The position numbers and the translations under genes are program-made. Shown piece by piece: positions 19,526-30,149 of a DNA stretch of 64,000 nucleotides. Numbering within the stretch: the stretch's first letter is position 1; each line of letters begins with the position of its first letter. Location of the stretch: assembly GCA_000997385.1 (NCBI GenBank), contig LCBT01000001.1, positions 177,493-241,492 on the forward strand, read 5' to 3'. This DNA is from Candidatus Daviesbacteria bacterium GW2011_GWA1_41_61. GTDB lineage: Bacteria; Patescibacteriota; Microgenomatia; Daviesbacterales; UBA10151. Under the pieces are notes generated by a model. The model was not told where the DNA came from and made no database searches. It worked only from the letters and a program-made list of their open reading frames with translations.

Positions 19526-20566
19526 TTAGTTAACGACTTGCTGGTAGACATTAATAGTTTCACTAACCGTTTTCTCCCAAGTAAATCTTTTAACATTCTC
19601 CTCACCTTTCTTAACTAAATCACGACGAAGTTTATCATTTTTCAAAATTGAGTCGATCGCTTGGGCAATCTCCCCTACTTTATAGGGGTCAACCAAGACA
19701 GCTCCCTCTCCTGCTACCTCGGACATAGAAGAAGTCTTGCTAGTAATCACCGGAACGCCGCAAGACTGGGCTTCTAAAATAGGTAAACCAAACCCTTCGT
19801 AATAAGAAGGCAACAACAGTACTTGAGCTAAATTTATCAAAGCCACTAAATCATCAGTTGGTACAAATCCTAAAAGATGAACTTTGGGGTGATCACCAAA
19901 TTTTTCTAAAAATTGGGCATAGCTTCTCCTCTCAGGATGATCTAAATTACTTTTATCCTCAAAATCTTTCCCCACTAAAAATACCTCTATTCCTGCTTCT
20001 AAACTGGCTTGAGTTAAACCCACCAAGTTTTTATTCCAGTTAACACTACCAACAAAGATAACAAATTTTTGGGGCAGATTATATTTTTTTCTTACTTGGT
20101 CTAGTTTTTTTAAATCTTTGACGGGTTGAAAATCTGCAGCCGGGGCTAAAGGGATCGGAAAAATCTTATTTAAAGGTACATGAAGATATTTACTAATATC
20201 CTGCTTTGAGGACCGGGAATCAGTAATCACCGCTTTAACATCTCTTAAAGCCTGCCTTTGCCAAAAATTGTTGATTTTTCCTTTAATACCAGGAGGATAA
20301 TGCTGGGAAAAAATTAAGGGAATAGCATCATGGATGGTTACAATAGTGGGGAATTTGTTCTTTAAAGGTAGTGATCTTTGAAATAAATCCCAAAAAGGGA
20401 AATGGACTAAATCGGCATCTTTCACTTCAGAAATATCTGAAAATTCTTCAATTACCACCTCTGATCTTTTCTGAAGATGTTCCATTAAATTTCTGGCATA
20501 AACTCCAATCCCCCGGGTTTTATGACCGCTGGAAAGAGGAGAGATATTAAAAGCTACTTTAATCAT
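19526..20566 (-). CDS. GT4 glycosyltransferase (MtfB-like)
   Basis: RGIGVY, TIHDAIP, NKNL, PSYYEGFGLPILEA. Confidence 0.92.
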   Translation of the reverse strand: MIKVAFNISPLSSGHKTRGIGVYARNLMEHLQKRSEVVIEEFSDISEVKDADLVHFPFWDLFQRSLPLKNKFPTIVTIHDAIPLIFSQHYPPGIKGKINNFWQRQALRDVKAVITDSRSSKQDISKYLHVPLNKIFPIPLAPAADFQPVKDLKKLDQVRKKYNLPQKFVIFVGSVNWNKNLVGLTQASLEAGIEVFLVGKDFEDKSNLDHPERRSYAQFLEKFGDHPKVHLLGFVPTDDLVALINLAQVLLLPSYYEGFGLPILEAQSCGVPVITSKTSSMSEVAGEGAVLVDPYKVGEIAQAIDSILKNDKLRRDLVKKGEENVKRFTWEKTVSETINVYQQVVN

Positions 20567-21422
20567 TGAAAAGATACCTCCAGTAAGCCCGGGGGAAACG
20601 CAAAGCAGAAAAGAGTGAAAAGATTATCCCTGGGAAACCATCCAAAAGACCCTTATGGCGTATCTGGGTTAATAAAAACCACCAGATGGGTTTGACAATA
20701 AAGTAATTGACCATATTAATAGGGTTTTTACTCATTTTTTGTTTCCTCATATCTTGAGCTATCAGATTTATATAACGGCTGTTTCTTTGTAAGTATCTTC
20801 CAAAAGTGGTGTCAGCCAGATGCAACAAATCATGTTGCAGCCATCCTACCCTGCCTTTAACCACCATCTGTTCATGAACATCCTTACAAGGAAGATAGGC
20901 CTGGTCTTTTTTAAACAAACGGATAACTCCATCAGGATAAACTCCTCCAAAACGCAGGTATTTTCCTAAAAAGTAATTTAGCCGGGGAAAGAAAAAAGCC
21001 ACATAATCTTTACTGTTATCCCCTACCTGTCCATCCCTTTTTTCCAACAACTGTTGGTGTCTTAAAAAAAGCTGTCTGTTTTTTATATGCTGTTGGTAAT
21101 GGTCTATCTGCAGGTTTCTCATGTTAATAATTGAGGTAATCTCTTTGGCTAAGGCGGGGGGGATTCTTTCATCAGCATCCAAATATAAAACCCATCCTCC
21201 ACTGGCCAGATCAAAAGCTTTCTGCTTCATATTGTGAAACATCGGATCATTGGGAACTTGTACTACTTTGGCTCCCAACGACTTGGCAATCTCTACTGTT
21301 TTATCCTGGGAAGTACCGTCAACAATAATGATTTCATCGGCGATATCTTTCACCGATTTTAAACATTCACCGATATTGGCTTCTTCATTGAATGTGGCTA
21401 AGGCTACCGATAATTTATTCAT
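20559..21422 (-). CDS. GT2 glycosyltransferase (beta-1,4-glucosyltransferase WaaE/KdtX-like)
   Basis: NEEANI, LDADE, YPD..IRLF, VHE, LDGFPG. Confidence 0.88.
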   Translation of the reverse strand: MNKLSVALATFNEEANIGECLKSVKDIADEIIIVDGTSQDKTVEIAKSLGAKVVQVPNDPMFHNMKQKAFDLASGGWVLYLDADERIPPALAKEITSIINMRNLQIDHYQQHIKNRQLFLRHQQLLEKRDGQVGDNSKDYVAFFFPRLNYFLGKYLRFGGVYPDGVIRLFKKDQAYLPCKDVHEQMVVKGRVGWLQHDLLHLADTTFGRYLQRNSRYINLIAQDMRKQKMSKNPINMVNYFIVKPIWWFLLTQIRHKGLLDGFPGIIFSLFSALRFPRAYWRYLFND

Positions 21423-21431
21423 CCTGCTTTT

Positions 21432-23036
21432 TTAATATTTACTTACCATATAAAAAGCGTCAGTCCCATTGGGAAACTTCACCAGTTCAGCATTAGTAAA
21501 AGAATTTTTATATCTTAGTCCATTATAATGGCTGGGGCTGATGACATAAAGAACATTGGGAAAAGGTATGCTTTCAATCGGATCCCAATCTCCAAAGTGA
21601 TATTTGTCAAACACAGAGACCAAATTATAGCTACGGCTTTGGGTATCGTTATATTTCACCGTTTTCTGAAAATCATCTGGCAGTATTTTAAAATAATAAA
21701 GGAAAAATATATAAGGCTGAGACCGGACGTCGGTCATATAGACTTGCGAAAATTCAGGGTGTCTCTTAATGTAATCCACGATCTGTCTCATCCCGTACTG
21801 CCAATCTACAGCATATCTGTTTCCATACTCACCATAATAGTACGTTAGATTCTCTTTTAGAAAGATTCCATAAAGCAGTAATCCTCCCGCGATTATAACG
21901 ATTTTTAAAGGTAATTTATGCGCTAAATTTATCAGGAACGCAAATCCCAAAGCAATAATCAGATGCCAACTGCCAGTCATAAACATTGCTCTTCCGGCAT
22001 GAGGCGCTTCTTTAGCCAAAGCCGAAGGCACGGGACCAAGTAAGGCCCAAGCTAGAAGAAGTAAGGATACTTTGGACCGTTTCCGGACTAAAATGATAAG
22101 TCCCAAAAAGAGAAACAACGCCTCTATTTTATAAAATTCTCCGCTGGATTGAGCAGACAATCGGGAATTTCTGTCCCCGGAAATAAACAAAAATTCTGGG
22201 GAGAAATGAGTCAAATATTGATGAAAGATAATATCTACCTTTCCCACAAGTTCATTTTGAGTCATTTTATACCCTTGAGTAGATTGAATCTCCTTAGGAG
22301 AAAAAGCGGTTTGTTTCATTCGGGCTATACCTAAAAGCTCCGGGTTAAATAAAATAATCCCGATAAAAAATGACAGAATACCAATTCCCAACAAGAACTG
22401 TTTTTTAAGCTGCCGGAGTTTTTTAAAAAATAATATTACCAGTAACAAAATAAGCAGGGTGACAACAATTTTAGAGCTATGATAAGAAATTAAAGAGATA
22501 CCAAAGCTGAAAAAAGACAGGGATAACAAATAACTTTTTCTATTAATTCCCGCAAGAAACATCCACAATCCCAACATAAAGAAAAATACGGCAATATTAA
22601 ACTCATGATTAAAATGAGAAAAGTGTAAATTATAAGGTGAGATTGCTAAGATGAAAGCGGCCAAAAGCCCTATCCCGGAACTTTTAAAAAGCATTCTGCC
22701 TAAAAAAAAGATTATTAAAACGTTCAATACTCCAAAAATAGCTGCGGGTAACCTTGTCGAAAATTCCGATAATCCCAATATCTTAACCGAGACGGCAGTG
22801 ATATAAATATGAACCGGATGCTTGTCGTCTTCAAATGATTTAAAAAATAAAGGGAAATTCCTTCCCCCTTCATCCTGTCCAAAGTTAGCAATTGTCCACG
22901 CGTTATATCCCGCGGCAGCCTCATCCCAGGATAAAGAAGGAGGGATTTGGCTTAATTGATACAACCGGAGGGCTGCAGCTAAAAGAATAATCAAAAAAAA
23001 GGCGGTATAAATAAACTTCTTACTTAGAGTATTCAT
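21432..23036 (-). CDS. GT-C fold membrane glycosyltransferase (ArnT/PMT_2-like)
   Basis: Start probably ATG 23036. SWDEAAAGYNA, RLPAA, PHAGR, QPYIF. Confidence 0.87.
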   Translation of the reverse strand: MNTLSKKFIYTAFFLIILLAAALRLYQLSQIPPSLSWDEAAAGYNAWTIANFGQDEGGRNFPLFFKSFEDDKHPVHIYITAVSVKILGLSEFSTRLPAAIFGVLNVLIIFFLGRMLFKSSGIGLLAAFILAISPYNLHFSHFNHEFNIAVFFFMLGLWMFLAGINRKSYLLSLSFFSFGISLISYHSSKIVVTLLILLLVILFFKKLRQLKKQFLLGIGILSFFIGIILFNPELLGIARMKQTAFSPKEIQSTQGYKMTQNELVGKVDIIFHQYLTHFSPEFLFISGDRNSRLSAQSSGEFYKIEALFLFLGLIILVRKRSKVSLLLLAWALLGPVPSALAKEAPHAGRAMFMTGSWHLIIALGFAFLINLAHKLPLKIVIIAGGLLLYGIFLKENLTYYYGEYGNRYAVDWQYGMRQIVDYIKRHPEFSQVYMTDVRSQPYIFFLYYFKILPDDFQKTVKYNDTQSRSYNLVSVFDKYHFGDWDPIESIPFPNVLYVISPSHYNGLRYKNSFTNAELVKFPNGTDAFYMVSKY

Positions 23037-24591
23037 AAATATAAAAGGCGACACTTCCATCCTTATGGTAAAGGATATTCTTTACCCCCAGTTCATCCAA
23101 CCTGTCGGTAGGATGAGTAAAGATTAAAGTCTTGCCTAAAGGTAGCTGATTATAGTCCACATCGTCAAAGATAAACTTATCAAATCCTTTCACTTGGGAA
23201 GTTGCCGCCCTGATATCAGTGTTATATGTTAAGCTGGACCAAAACTGCTGGGGATCATATTGTTGATAAAATAAGGCAAAAATATAAGGCTGGGCATATC
23301 TGTCAGAAATTAAGACGTGGTCATAAGATTTAAACTCTTTAGCGTAGTGCTGATAAACCAACTTATAACCTTCCTGCCAATATGAAGAGCTGTTTAAAGA
23401 ATAAACATTTAAAAAATTATTAAAGTAAACTAAAAATAAACCTAAGTAGACTACCACTACTCCCAACACCAGTTTCTCCTTGTTTACAGAAAACTTGTTC
23501 TGTAAATAAATTACACCAAAAGAGGTAATAATACTAAAAAACGGCGCAGCGCTTAATGATCTTAAAGCGTGGGGTGCTTCACGGGCAACACTGGCCGGTA
23601 AAAAGCTTAGCAAAAGCAGTATTAATGGCCATCTACTGACCTTTGAATTCCCTTTCAAATGAACAAGTTCTTTGCTTCGCAAATAAAGCAACCCCAGAAA
23701 TAGTAAAATTGCATCATAGACAAATAATTGACCAAAGCCTGACTGTTGGGAACGAAGATTTTTATCTCCATTTATAAACAGATAGATGGGGTTAAAATGA
23801 GAGAGGTAATTTTGGACAATATCCAAAACAATAAAGACTTTTTTTCTGTCCAAATTCTCAATACCTATGGCTTGGAAACGGCTAATTGAACTTTCGCTCT
23901 TAAGAAAATTTACCAGCGGCAAACATCCTAAAATAAAAATCAAACCGGTTATAAAAACCACCACCAAACTTTTAGTAAGGTGTATTCGATGAATGGTTAA
24001 TAATCTGGTAGTAAAAATAAGTAAAACCAAGGGCGAAAGAATCCTGTAAGCGTTATAAGTGTACATACTCAACACAAAAGCCAGACCTGAAAAGAGAAAA
24101 AACCAGGGTCTTTGTGAAGCGTTCAAAAACGCCAAGACTCCCAAAAGGAAAAGTGTAAGTCCCGCAGTAGCTTCATAACCTGTTCGGGAGAAGATAAAAA
24201 AATATGGAGAAATCGATAAAAAAAAGGCACTTAAAAGCCCCACCGCTTTACTACTGGAGATTTTTTTAGCAATAAAATAAGTAAGTAGTATATTAAAAAA
24301 GGCAAAGACAACGGCGGGAAGCCTTACCGCCAGCTCATTTAGGCCGAAGGCAGAAACCGATAAAGCAGTCGTATAGATATAAACAGGCAGCTTATATTCT
24401 CCAAAGGCCTTAAAGTGGACCGGTAAAAACTGCCCCCACTCATCTTTCCCTGTTTGAGATATGGAATAAGCGTTATAACCTATTGATGCCTCATCCCAAT
24501 AAACTGAAGAAGGGATTTCATCAATTTTATAGAGTCTTGTACCCAAAAACAGAGTTAATATTAAAATCAGAAGGATGGTGCTTTTTTTCAT
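23020..24591 (-). CDS. GT-C fold membrane glycosyltransferase (ArnT/PMT_2-like)
   Basis: YWDEASIGYNA..GKDEWG..AFGEYKLP, PHALR, QPYIF. Confidence 0.88.
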   Translation of the reverse strand: MKKSTILLILILTLFLGTRLYKIDEIPSSVYWDEASIGYNAYSISQTGKDEWGQFLPVHFKAFGEYKLPVYIYTTALSVSAFGLNELAVRLPAVVFAFFNILLTYFIAKKISSSKAVGLLSAFFLSISPYFFIFSRTGYEATAGLTLFLLGVLAFLNASQRPWFFLFSGLAFVLSMYTYNAYRILSPLVLLIFTTRLLTIHRIHLTKSLVVVFITGLIFILGCLPLVNFLKSESSISRFQAIGIENLDRKKVFIVLDIVQNYLSHFNPIYLFINGDKNLRSQQSGFGQLFVYDAILLFLGLLYLRSKELVHLKGNSKVSRWPLILLLLSFLPASVAREAPHALRSLSAAPFFSIITSFGVIYLQNKFSVNKEKLVLGVVVVYLGLFLVYFNNFLNVYSLNSSSYWQEGYKLVYQHYAKEFKSYDHVLISDRYAQPYIFALFYQQYDPQQFWSSLTYNTDIRAATSQVKGFDKFIFDDVDYNQLPLGKTLIFTHPTDRLDELGVKNILYHKDGSVAFYIYEYSK

Positions 24592-26237
24592 CTAACCTCT
24601 ACTATATCAAAAGCCGGCGCTGCGTTTAAGAAACTGATACTTTTAAGGCGCGGATAATCGGATGGAAAATCTTCCGGTTTACCGATATAAAGCTGTCTTT
24701 TCCCGGGATTTTTATTGACAATATCTTTAAAACTGGTTCCTTCATCACTTAAGTCAGGGAAATAGTATTTATCAAAATTTAAAACCCAAACCCAATCATT
24801 AGTTTCATATCTTACCAGGTTAGGATTGTTCTGGTAGCTTGAGGGAGGATAGTTTAAATAGAATAATGTAAACATATGCGGCTCCCCATAGCGCCGGCTG
24901 AAAACTAGCTGATCATATTCATTCTGATGCTCATTTATATAAGCTACCGCTTGTTTATAACCATACTGCCAATCGCGGGAATAGTTGACCGCATAATTTT
25001 TATAGTAGTTATTTAAATAAAACGCCACACTTACAACTATAACTATTACGGTAACAAAGGCCGTTGCTGTCTGTAATGTTTTCCGTTTCCCAACCAGTAG
25101 AAAGACTTCATAAAGACCCAAGGCACTCAGCAGCTGATAAACAGGTACACTAACCAAGGTTCGAAGGGCGTGAGGAATGCTGTCTTGGGTCATGGAAACA
25201 GGAACAAAAGCCAGTAGTAACCAGGATATTAAAAGCCACCTGAATTTGTTTTGAGTTTTGAACAAAAAATAAAGTCCTAACAGTAAAAATGGGGCCTGAA
25301 AAAGATAAAGTTCACCCATTCCCTGAACATGGTGCTGTTTATGGGGAGCGCCGGAAAAAAATAAAAAATCGGGAGTAAAATGGGCTAAATAATTTCCCGC
25401 AACATAATAGAAGATATAAGTTGCCTTATTGTGCGCCAAACGGGGCAAAGGATCCGGCAGAGAGGAGTTTCCCCTATTTTCATTAATTCTCAAAACTAGC
25501 CCGGGATCATCTGTAATACTTACTAATTTGTAACGGGCGTTGCCTTCTCCACTTAAATAGTAAGGGAGGAGGGGAATCATTAAGATTAAAAAAACAACTA
25601 ACGAGGCCAGTACTATCCTGGGCAATTTAAAAAAAGTTTTGCGAAAGAGAAGCAGCAAAAAGATTAAAAAAAGAGGAGTAAAAACTCTGGCTGTATTGTA
25701 AGTATAAACTGAGACGGCAAAAGGAATCATCGATAAAATAAACCATTTTTTATCCTCAAATCCCTTTACTAAAAACCAGATTCCTAAAACTACCCAAAAG
25801 ACGGCAAAAGAGGATTCAAACGAGGCCCGGGTCAGATGAATATGCCAGGGAGAAATAGCCAGTAAAAAGGCTGCGCCCATTCCCACCCAACTACTTCTAA
25901 ATAAGGCCAGACTTAAGAAAAAAACTGCCATAACTGTTAGTGTTCCATAAATAACCGGGGTAATCCTGACACCAAGTTCATTTAAGCCAAATAAAGCAAT
26001 GCCGGGGATAGAAGCATAGATTTGAGCTGGAAGTTTATACTCTCCATAAGCTTTAAAATGGATCGGTAAAAATTTACCCCACTCATCACGGCCTGTTTTT
26101 AAGACAGAATAGGCGTTATAGCCAATAGAAACTTCATCCCAATTTAAGGCAGGGGGGACTTCCGTTACCCGGTAAAATCTCAAAAAAAAGGCCAAAACAA
26201 TTATTAACCCCAGTAGGAGTATAGTCTTCTTATTCAT
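24588..26237 (-). CDS. GT-C fold membrane glycosyltransferase (ArnT/PMT_2-like)
   Basis: NWDEVSIGYNA..GRDEWG..AYGEYKLP, PHALR. Confidence 0.88.
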   Translation of the reverse strand: MNKKTILLLGLIIVLAFFLRFYRVTEVPPALNWDEVSIGYNAYSVLKTGRDEWGKFLPIHFKAYGEYKLPAQIYASIPGIALFGLNELGVRITPVIYGTLTVMAVFFLSLALFRSSWVGMGAAFLLAISPWHIHLTRASFESSFAVFWVVLGIWFLVKGFEDKKWFILSMIPFAVSVYTYNTARVFTPLFLIFLLLLFRKTFFKLPRIVLASLVVFLILMIPLLPYYLSGEGNARYKLVSITDDPGLVLRINENRGNSSLPDPLPRLAHNKATYIFYYVAGNYLAHFTPDFLFFSGAPHKQHHVQGMGELYLFQAPFLLLGLYFLFKTQNKFRWLLISWLLLAFVPVSMTQDSIPHALRTLVSVPVYQLLSALGLYEVFLLVGKRKTLQTATAFVTVIVIVVSVAFYLNNYYKNYAVNYSRDWQYGYKQAVAYINEHQNEYDQLVFSRRYGEPHMFTLFYLNYPPSSYQNNPNLVRYETNDWVWVLNFDKYYFPDLSDEGTSFKDIVNKNPGKRQLYIGKPEDFPSDYPRLKSISFLNAAPAFDIVEVR

Positions 26238-26288
26238 CCTAACCCCTTTATGGTAACAATTTAAAATCTTGAAGTAAATGAGCTCCGA

Positions 26289-27743
26289 TTATTTTGTAAA
26301 GCCCAAAAGGGGCAGGAGTTGGTTATTGGGATCACTGCAGACTTTATAATCATTAAACTTTTCTTCTTTGGGTAAAATTACCCCTAAAGAGCCAAAACGG
26401 GCATCAATTTCCCCTTCTGAGGTGGACCATGGAATAACTATATTGTAGTTAGGAGCCCCAGATCCAGGCTTAATCAAATTGACCCCTTTCCACCATAAAA
26501 GATATCTAAACCCTACATCAGTACCAAATTTAGCAATATAATTTACACCTATACAAGGGTAATTGTTTTTTGACATGTCATTTTGGATATATTCCACCAC
26601 TCTCTTTTTCTCCAGGTAACTATCCCCATACTCGGGCATTTTGATAAAAAAATAGGTATTGACCAAAAAAAATCCTCCAATAAACAGTAATATGATGTTT
26701 TTCCTGGAGTTTTGATAAAGATAAGAGGTTAGCACTGATACCAACAAAATAGGGATAACTACTAAATTAGCAAAATAATATTCGCTTATCCCCCTTTTGG
26801 AAACCAGTTGACTTAAAAGCATCACCACCACCCACACCCATAAGATTAAAAGATGATTTTTAAAGATAGCTTTTTTAAAATTAAGATATAAGGAGATGAT
26901 CCCCAAGAGCAAAATTTCCAGCAGCCCGGAAATTTTATATCCAAAAATAAGATTACCTCCCAAGGGTCCGGCGGCATTGTCTAAAATTCGGCTCAACCTA
27001 AACAAACCCTCTGCTTCCTCTGAATCCTGAGCTAAGAAAAACCAAAGCCCTCTAATCTGCCCAAAATCATGACGGATTTCAAAAAACCAAAAAGGAGCAG
27101 TTAATATAAGAAAGATAAATAAGGGGATAAGTAAATTTTTTAAATACGTTTTTGGGCGGGAAATTACTAAAACTAGGGGAATTAGAAGTAATAATGGCCC
27201 AAGGGCTACATGGATATGCCAAATCAAACCGGATAAAATTGCCAAAAGAATAAAGGATTTTTGATTTCCTTTATAAAATATAAAAAGTGCGTACAAAAAC
27301 CACACGGACCACAGAACCGTTGGTTGAGTCGGTACTATCCACCGGTCAAAAAAAGCATTAGTCCAAGAAACAGAATATAAAAATGAAGCAATTAAGCCAA
27401 CTTCTTGATTAAACAAGCGCTTAAGTACCCAATAAAAGCTGTATACCGTTAGAAGGCCAATAATAGTACCAGGAATTGTTGCCGCCAGAGGATTCATCTT
27501 TAGTCCAACAAAAAAAGGAGTTAAGAAGTAATAAAAAAGCGGTCCAATAAATACTCCATCAATGCTAGTCAATTGTCCAATTAAACGGTAATGTTTATCC
27601 ACTAAGATATCCTTTACTATCCACGAGTAAAGATCCTGATCGTGAGTAAAGATATAAAAAGACTCCAGTTTATAAATTCTAAAAAAAAGCCCTAATAAAA
27701 GAATAATAATAAGCAGTGTTTGGGTTTTACAGAAAAATTTCAT
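26289..27743 (-). CDS. GT-C fold membrane glycosyltransferase (PMT_2-like)
   Basis: HDQD..LIGQLTSIDGVFIGPLFYY, many TMs. Confidence 0.83.
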   Translation of the reverse strand: MKFFCKTQTLLIIILLLGLFFRIYKLESFYIFTHDQDLYSWIVKDILVDKHYRLIGQLTSIDGVFIGPLFYYFLTPFFVGLKMNPLAATIPGTIIGLLTVYSFYWVLKRLFNQEVGLIASFLYSVSWTNAFFDRWIVPTQPTVLWSVWFLYALFIFYKGNQKSFILLAILSGLIWHIHVALGPLLLLIPLVLVISRPKTYLKNLLIPLFIFLILTAPFWFFEIRHDFGQIRGLWFFLAQDSEEAEGLFRLSRILDNAAGPLGGNLIFGYKISGLLEILLLGIISLYLNFKKAIFKNHLLILWVWVVVMLLSQLVSKRGISEYYFANLVVIPILLVSVLTSYLYQNSRKNIILLFIGGFFLVNTYFFIKMPEYGDSYLEKKRVVEYIQNDMSKNNYPCIGVNYIAKFGTDVGFRYLLWWKGVNLIKPGSGAPNYNIVIPWSTSEGEIDARFGSLGVILPKEEKFNDYKVCSDPNNQLLPLLGFTK

Positions 27744-27747
27744 TTAC

Positions 27748-29277
27748 TTATTTTAAAGGAATCTCTCCTACCACCAGCCATCTCCATATAAACGGAAAAC
27801 GTAGAGATGACAGAAATGTTGATGGTACTATTGGGCAAGTCTTACTCTCACAATCCAATTCAAAAGCGTTATAAATATATACCACGTTAAAATAAATACC
27901 TATCACAATGACACCAACAATAATAAGACGGCAAGCTTTATCTAACCACTTTTCTTCAAAGATAAATTTTGATAATGAAGGTAGCATTAAAGCTGAAAAA
28001 ATCAGCCTAAAATTAGTTGGATCAATATTGGGACGGAAAGGATTAACTAATAATAAACGGTTACCTAAAAGCAACCCAGCAGCTAAAAAAGTGGCAAAAA
28101 AATCTGCCCTTTTTACTAAGTACTGTAAACCCCAAGCCGTAAGGATGGCTAAAAAAGGAAAGGCTGGAAAACGATACCACGGCAGGAGATCTCCTTCCCC
28201 GCCTGAGATCATCACTACCATAATCCAATAAACAAAAGTCAAACTAATTAACCGTTTTAGACCATCTAAAGGAGAGAAAATAAAATAAGCTGCCGACAGA
28301 AGTCCAAAAACATACCAACTATCTTTGAATATGAGGGTACGGTAAGCAGGCGAGATAAAAAACCAAGCTAAAGAGTTAAATCCAACGGGACGATGAGATT
28401 GGGTGGAGGTGATTTGCCAAAAAATTTCCTGGTCAAAATGCAATCCATACCAAAAATAAAAAATGATGAAAGGTATTGTCCCAATAATTAAATAGAGACT
28501 AAAACGTAAAACTAGCTTTACTTTCTTTAACTTATACAGCACCATAAAAACTATAAACAACACCAAAGGCAATAAAAAATATCCAGTGGGTTTAGATAAA
28601 CCAGCTATTCCCACCAGCAAAGGTAATGGTAGTAAGTATAAAAATTTAGGCTGCTGGTAAAATTTTAAAAGCAGATAAGTGGTGAGAGTTAAAAGAAAGG
28701 CAATAAGATTCTCCGGCATAGCAGATCTCGAGGCAAAAACTAAAATTGGAGTTGTTCCAAAAATGAGCATCGCTAAAATTCCCGTCCCAAAACCGCTGAC
28801 TAATCTTCCAATTAAAAAAATCATCACCGAAGTAAACCCAGCCAGCAAAACTACCGGCATTCTAATATAAGATGAAGGTACAAAATCAGTCTTTTCCGCT
28901 TTATAAAAGTGAGCAAAAGCCCCTACTAAAAGAGAAAAACCAGGTGGTTCATCTAGCCAGGGCTTATATAAAGTCACACTGGCCTCAGGTATCCCTCCTT
29001 TGTAAGAAATCTTGCCTTTAAAAACTTGCGCCCTCTTGGGGTAGTCAAGAGTAGACCAGGAAACCGGTACCCCCTCTTCAATAAGATAAAGCCCGGACCA
29101 GGCATAGAGCATTTCATCTAAATGATTAGCGGTGGGAACACGGTCATAGTTATGGGACCGCAGAATGAAAGTAAATACAAAAACCAGCAAAAATACAATC
29201 AGACGGAAGGTTGATGAAGATATCAGCTCTATACCAATTTTCCACAGCCCAACTTTCCTCAGATGCTCAAACCTCAT
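27748..29277 (-). CDS. GT-C fold membrane glycosyltransferase (PMT_2-like)
   Basis: HLDEMLYAW, DEPP, SRSAMPE, LSK, WYRFP. Confidence 0.83.
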   Translation of the reverse strand: MRFEHLRKVGLWKIGIELISSSTFRLIVFLLVFVFTFILRSHNYDRVPTANHLDEMLYAWSGLYLIEEGVPVSWSTLDYPKRAQVFKGKISYKGGIPEASVTLYKPWLDEPPGFSLLVGAFAHFYKAEKTDFVPSSYIRMPVVLLAGFTSVMIFLIGRLVSGFGTGILAMLIFGTTPILVFASRSAMPENLIAFLLTLTTYLLLKFYQQPKFLYLLPLPLLVGIAGLSKPTGYFLLPLVLFIVFMVLYKLKKVKLVLRFSLYLIIGTIPFIIFYFWYGLHFDQEIFWQITSTQSHRPVGFNSLAWFFISPAYRTLIFKDSWYVFGLLSAAYFIFSPLDGLKRLISLTFVYWIMVVMISGGEGDLLPWYRFPAFPFLAILTAWGLQYLVKRADFFATFLAAGLLLGNRLLLVNPFRPNIDPTNFRLIFSALMLPSLSKFIFEEKWLDKACRLIIVGVIVIGIYFNVVYIYNAFELDCESKTCPIVPSTFLSSLRFPFIWRWLVVGEIPLK

Positions 29278-30145
29278 GAATTTTTGCTTCTCCTCTATAT
29301 AATCTCATTTTGACTGCTATATAAATTAACAACCTAATGATTAAAGCTTGGACAAACCCATGATAAATATTGCCACTTCTGATCTGATAATAACCGCTCC
29401 CCATGCCTTTAAAAACAAAAAAGTTAGCTAAAGTCCGCATCCCAAAAGGCAGGTGTTTGAAAAAAATACTTTTAACACTGGCTCCTATTTCATGTCTGAC
29501 TTTAGCTTCAGGACAGTAAATAATTTTGAAACCAGCTTTTTTAACCCTCCGGCAAAGATCTAAATCTTCATAGTATAAAAAGTATCTTTCATTAAAACCT
29601 TTTAGAGATTGAAAAACCTCTTTTTTGATCAGCATCGCTGCCCCATAAACAGCTTCCACTTCAACTGGAGCAGTACTTTGAGGAACATACTGCTCATAGC
29701 TACCTGATTGTCTTAAATAATATTCCTTAACAGCTCCCATTAAAGTAGGAAGTTTTCTGATTGAAGGCTGAATCTGATTAGTACCTTTAATTAGTTGGGG
29801 AGCGACTATTCCTACCTCTGGATTATTTTGGACAAACTTTAAAAGTTTAGCCAAGCTATCACCGATAATCTGAGCATCAGGATTTAAAATAAAAAGATAA
29901 TTACCACGAGCCTTGAGGCCAGCTAAATTACAAGCTTTAGCAAAGCCTAAATTCTTCTTAGACTCAGTTAATGAAACCCTTTTCCCGTATCTTTTGATAA
30001 TCTCTCTGGTTTTATCTTGAGAGTTATTATCTACCACCAAAATTTCAGCTTTTAAACTACTGGCCAGGACTGAATCTAAACACTCTTTAATAGTTTTGGC
30101 ACTATTGTAGGTCACAGTAATAACACTCACCATATCGTTAGTCAT
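29267..30145 (-). CDS. GT2 glycosyltransferase (WbbL/rhamnosyltransferase-like)
   Basis: VDNNSQD, NLGFAKACN, LNPD, FNERYFLYYEDLDLC. Confidence 0.9.
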   Translation of the reverse strand: MTNDMVSVITVTYNSAKTIKECLDSVLASSLKAEILVVDNNSQDKTREIIKRYGKRVSLTESKKNLGFAKACNLAGLKARGNYLFILNPDAQIIGDSLAKLLKFVQNNPEVGIVAPQLIKGTNQIQPSIRKLPTLMGAVKEYYLRQSGSYEQYVPQSTAPVEVEAVYGAAMLIKKEVFQSLKGFNERYFLYYEDLDLCRRVKKAGFKIIYCPEAKVRHEIGASVKSIFFKHLPFGMRTLANFFVFKGMGSGYYQIRSGNIYHGFVQALIIRLLIYIAVKMRLYRGEAKIHEV

Positions 30146-30149
30146 CGTT

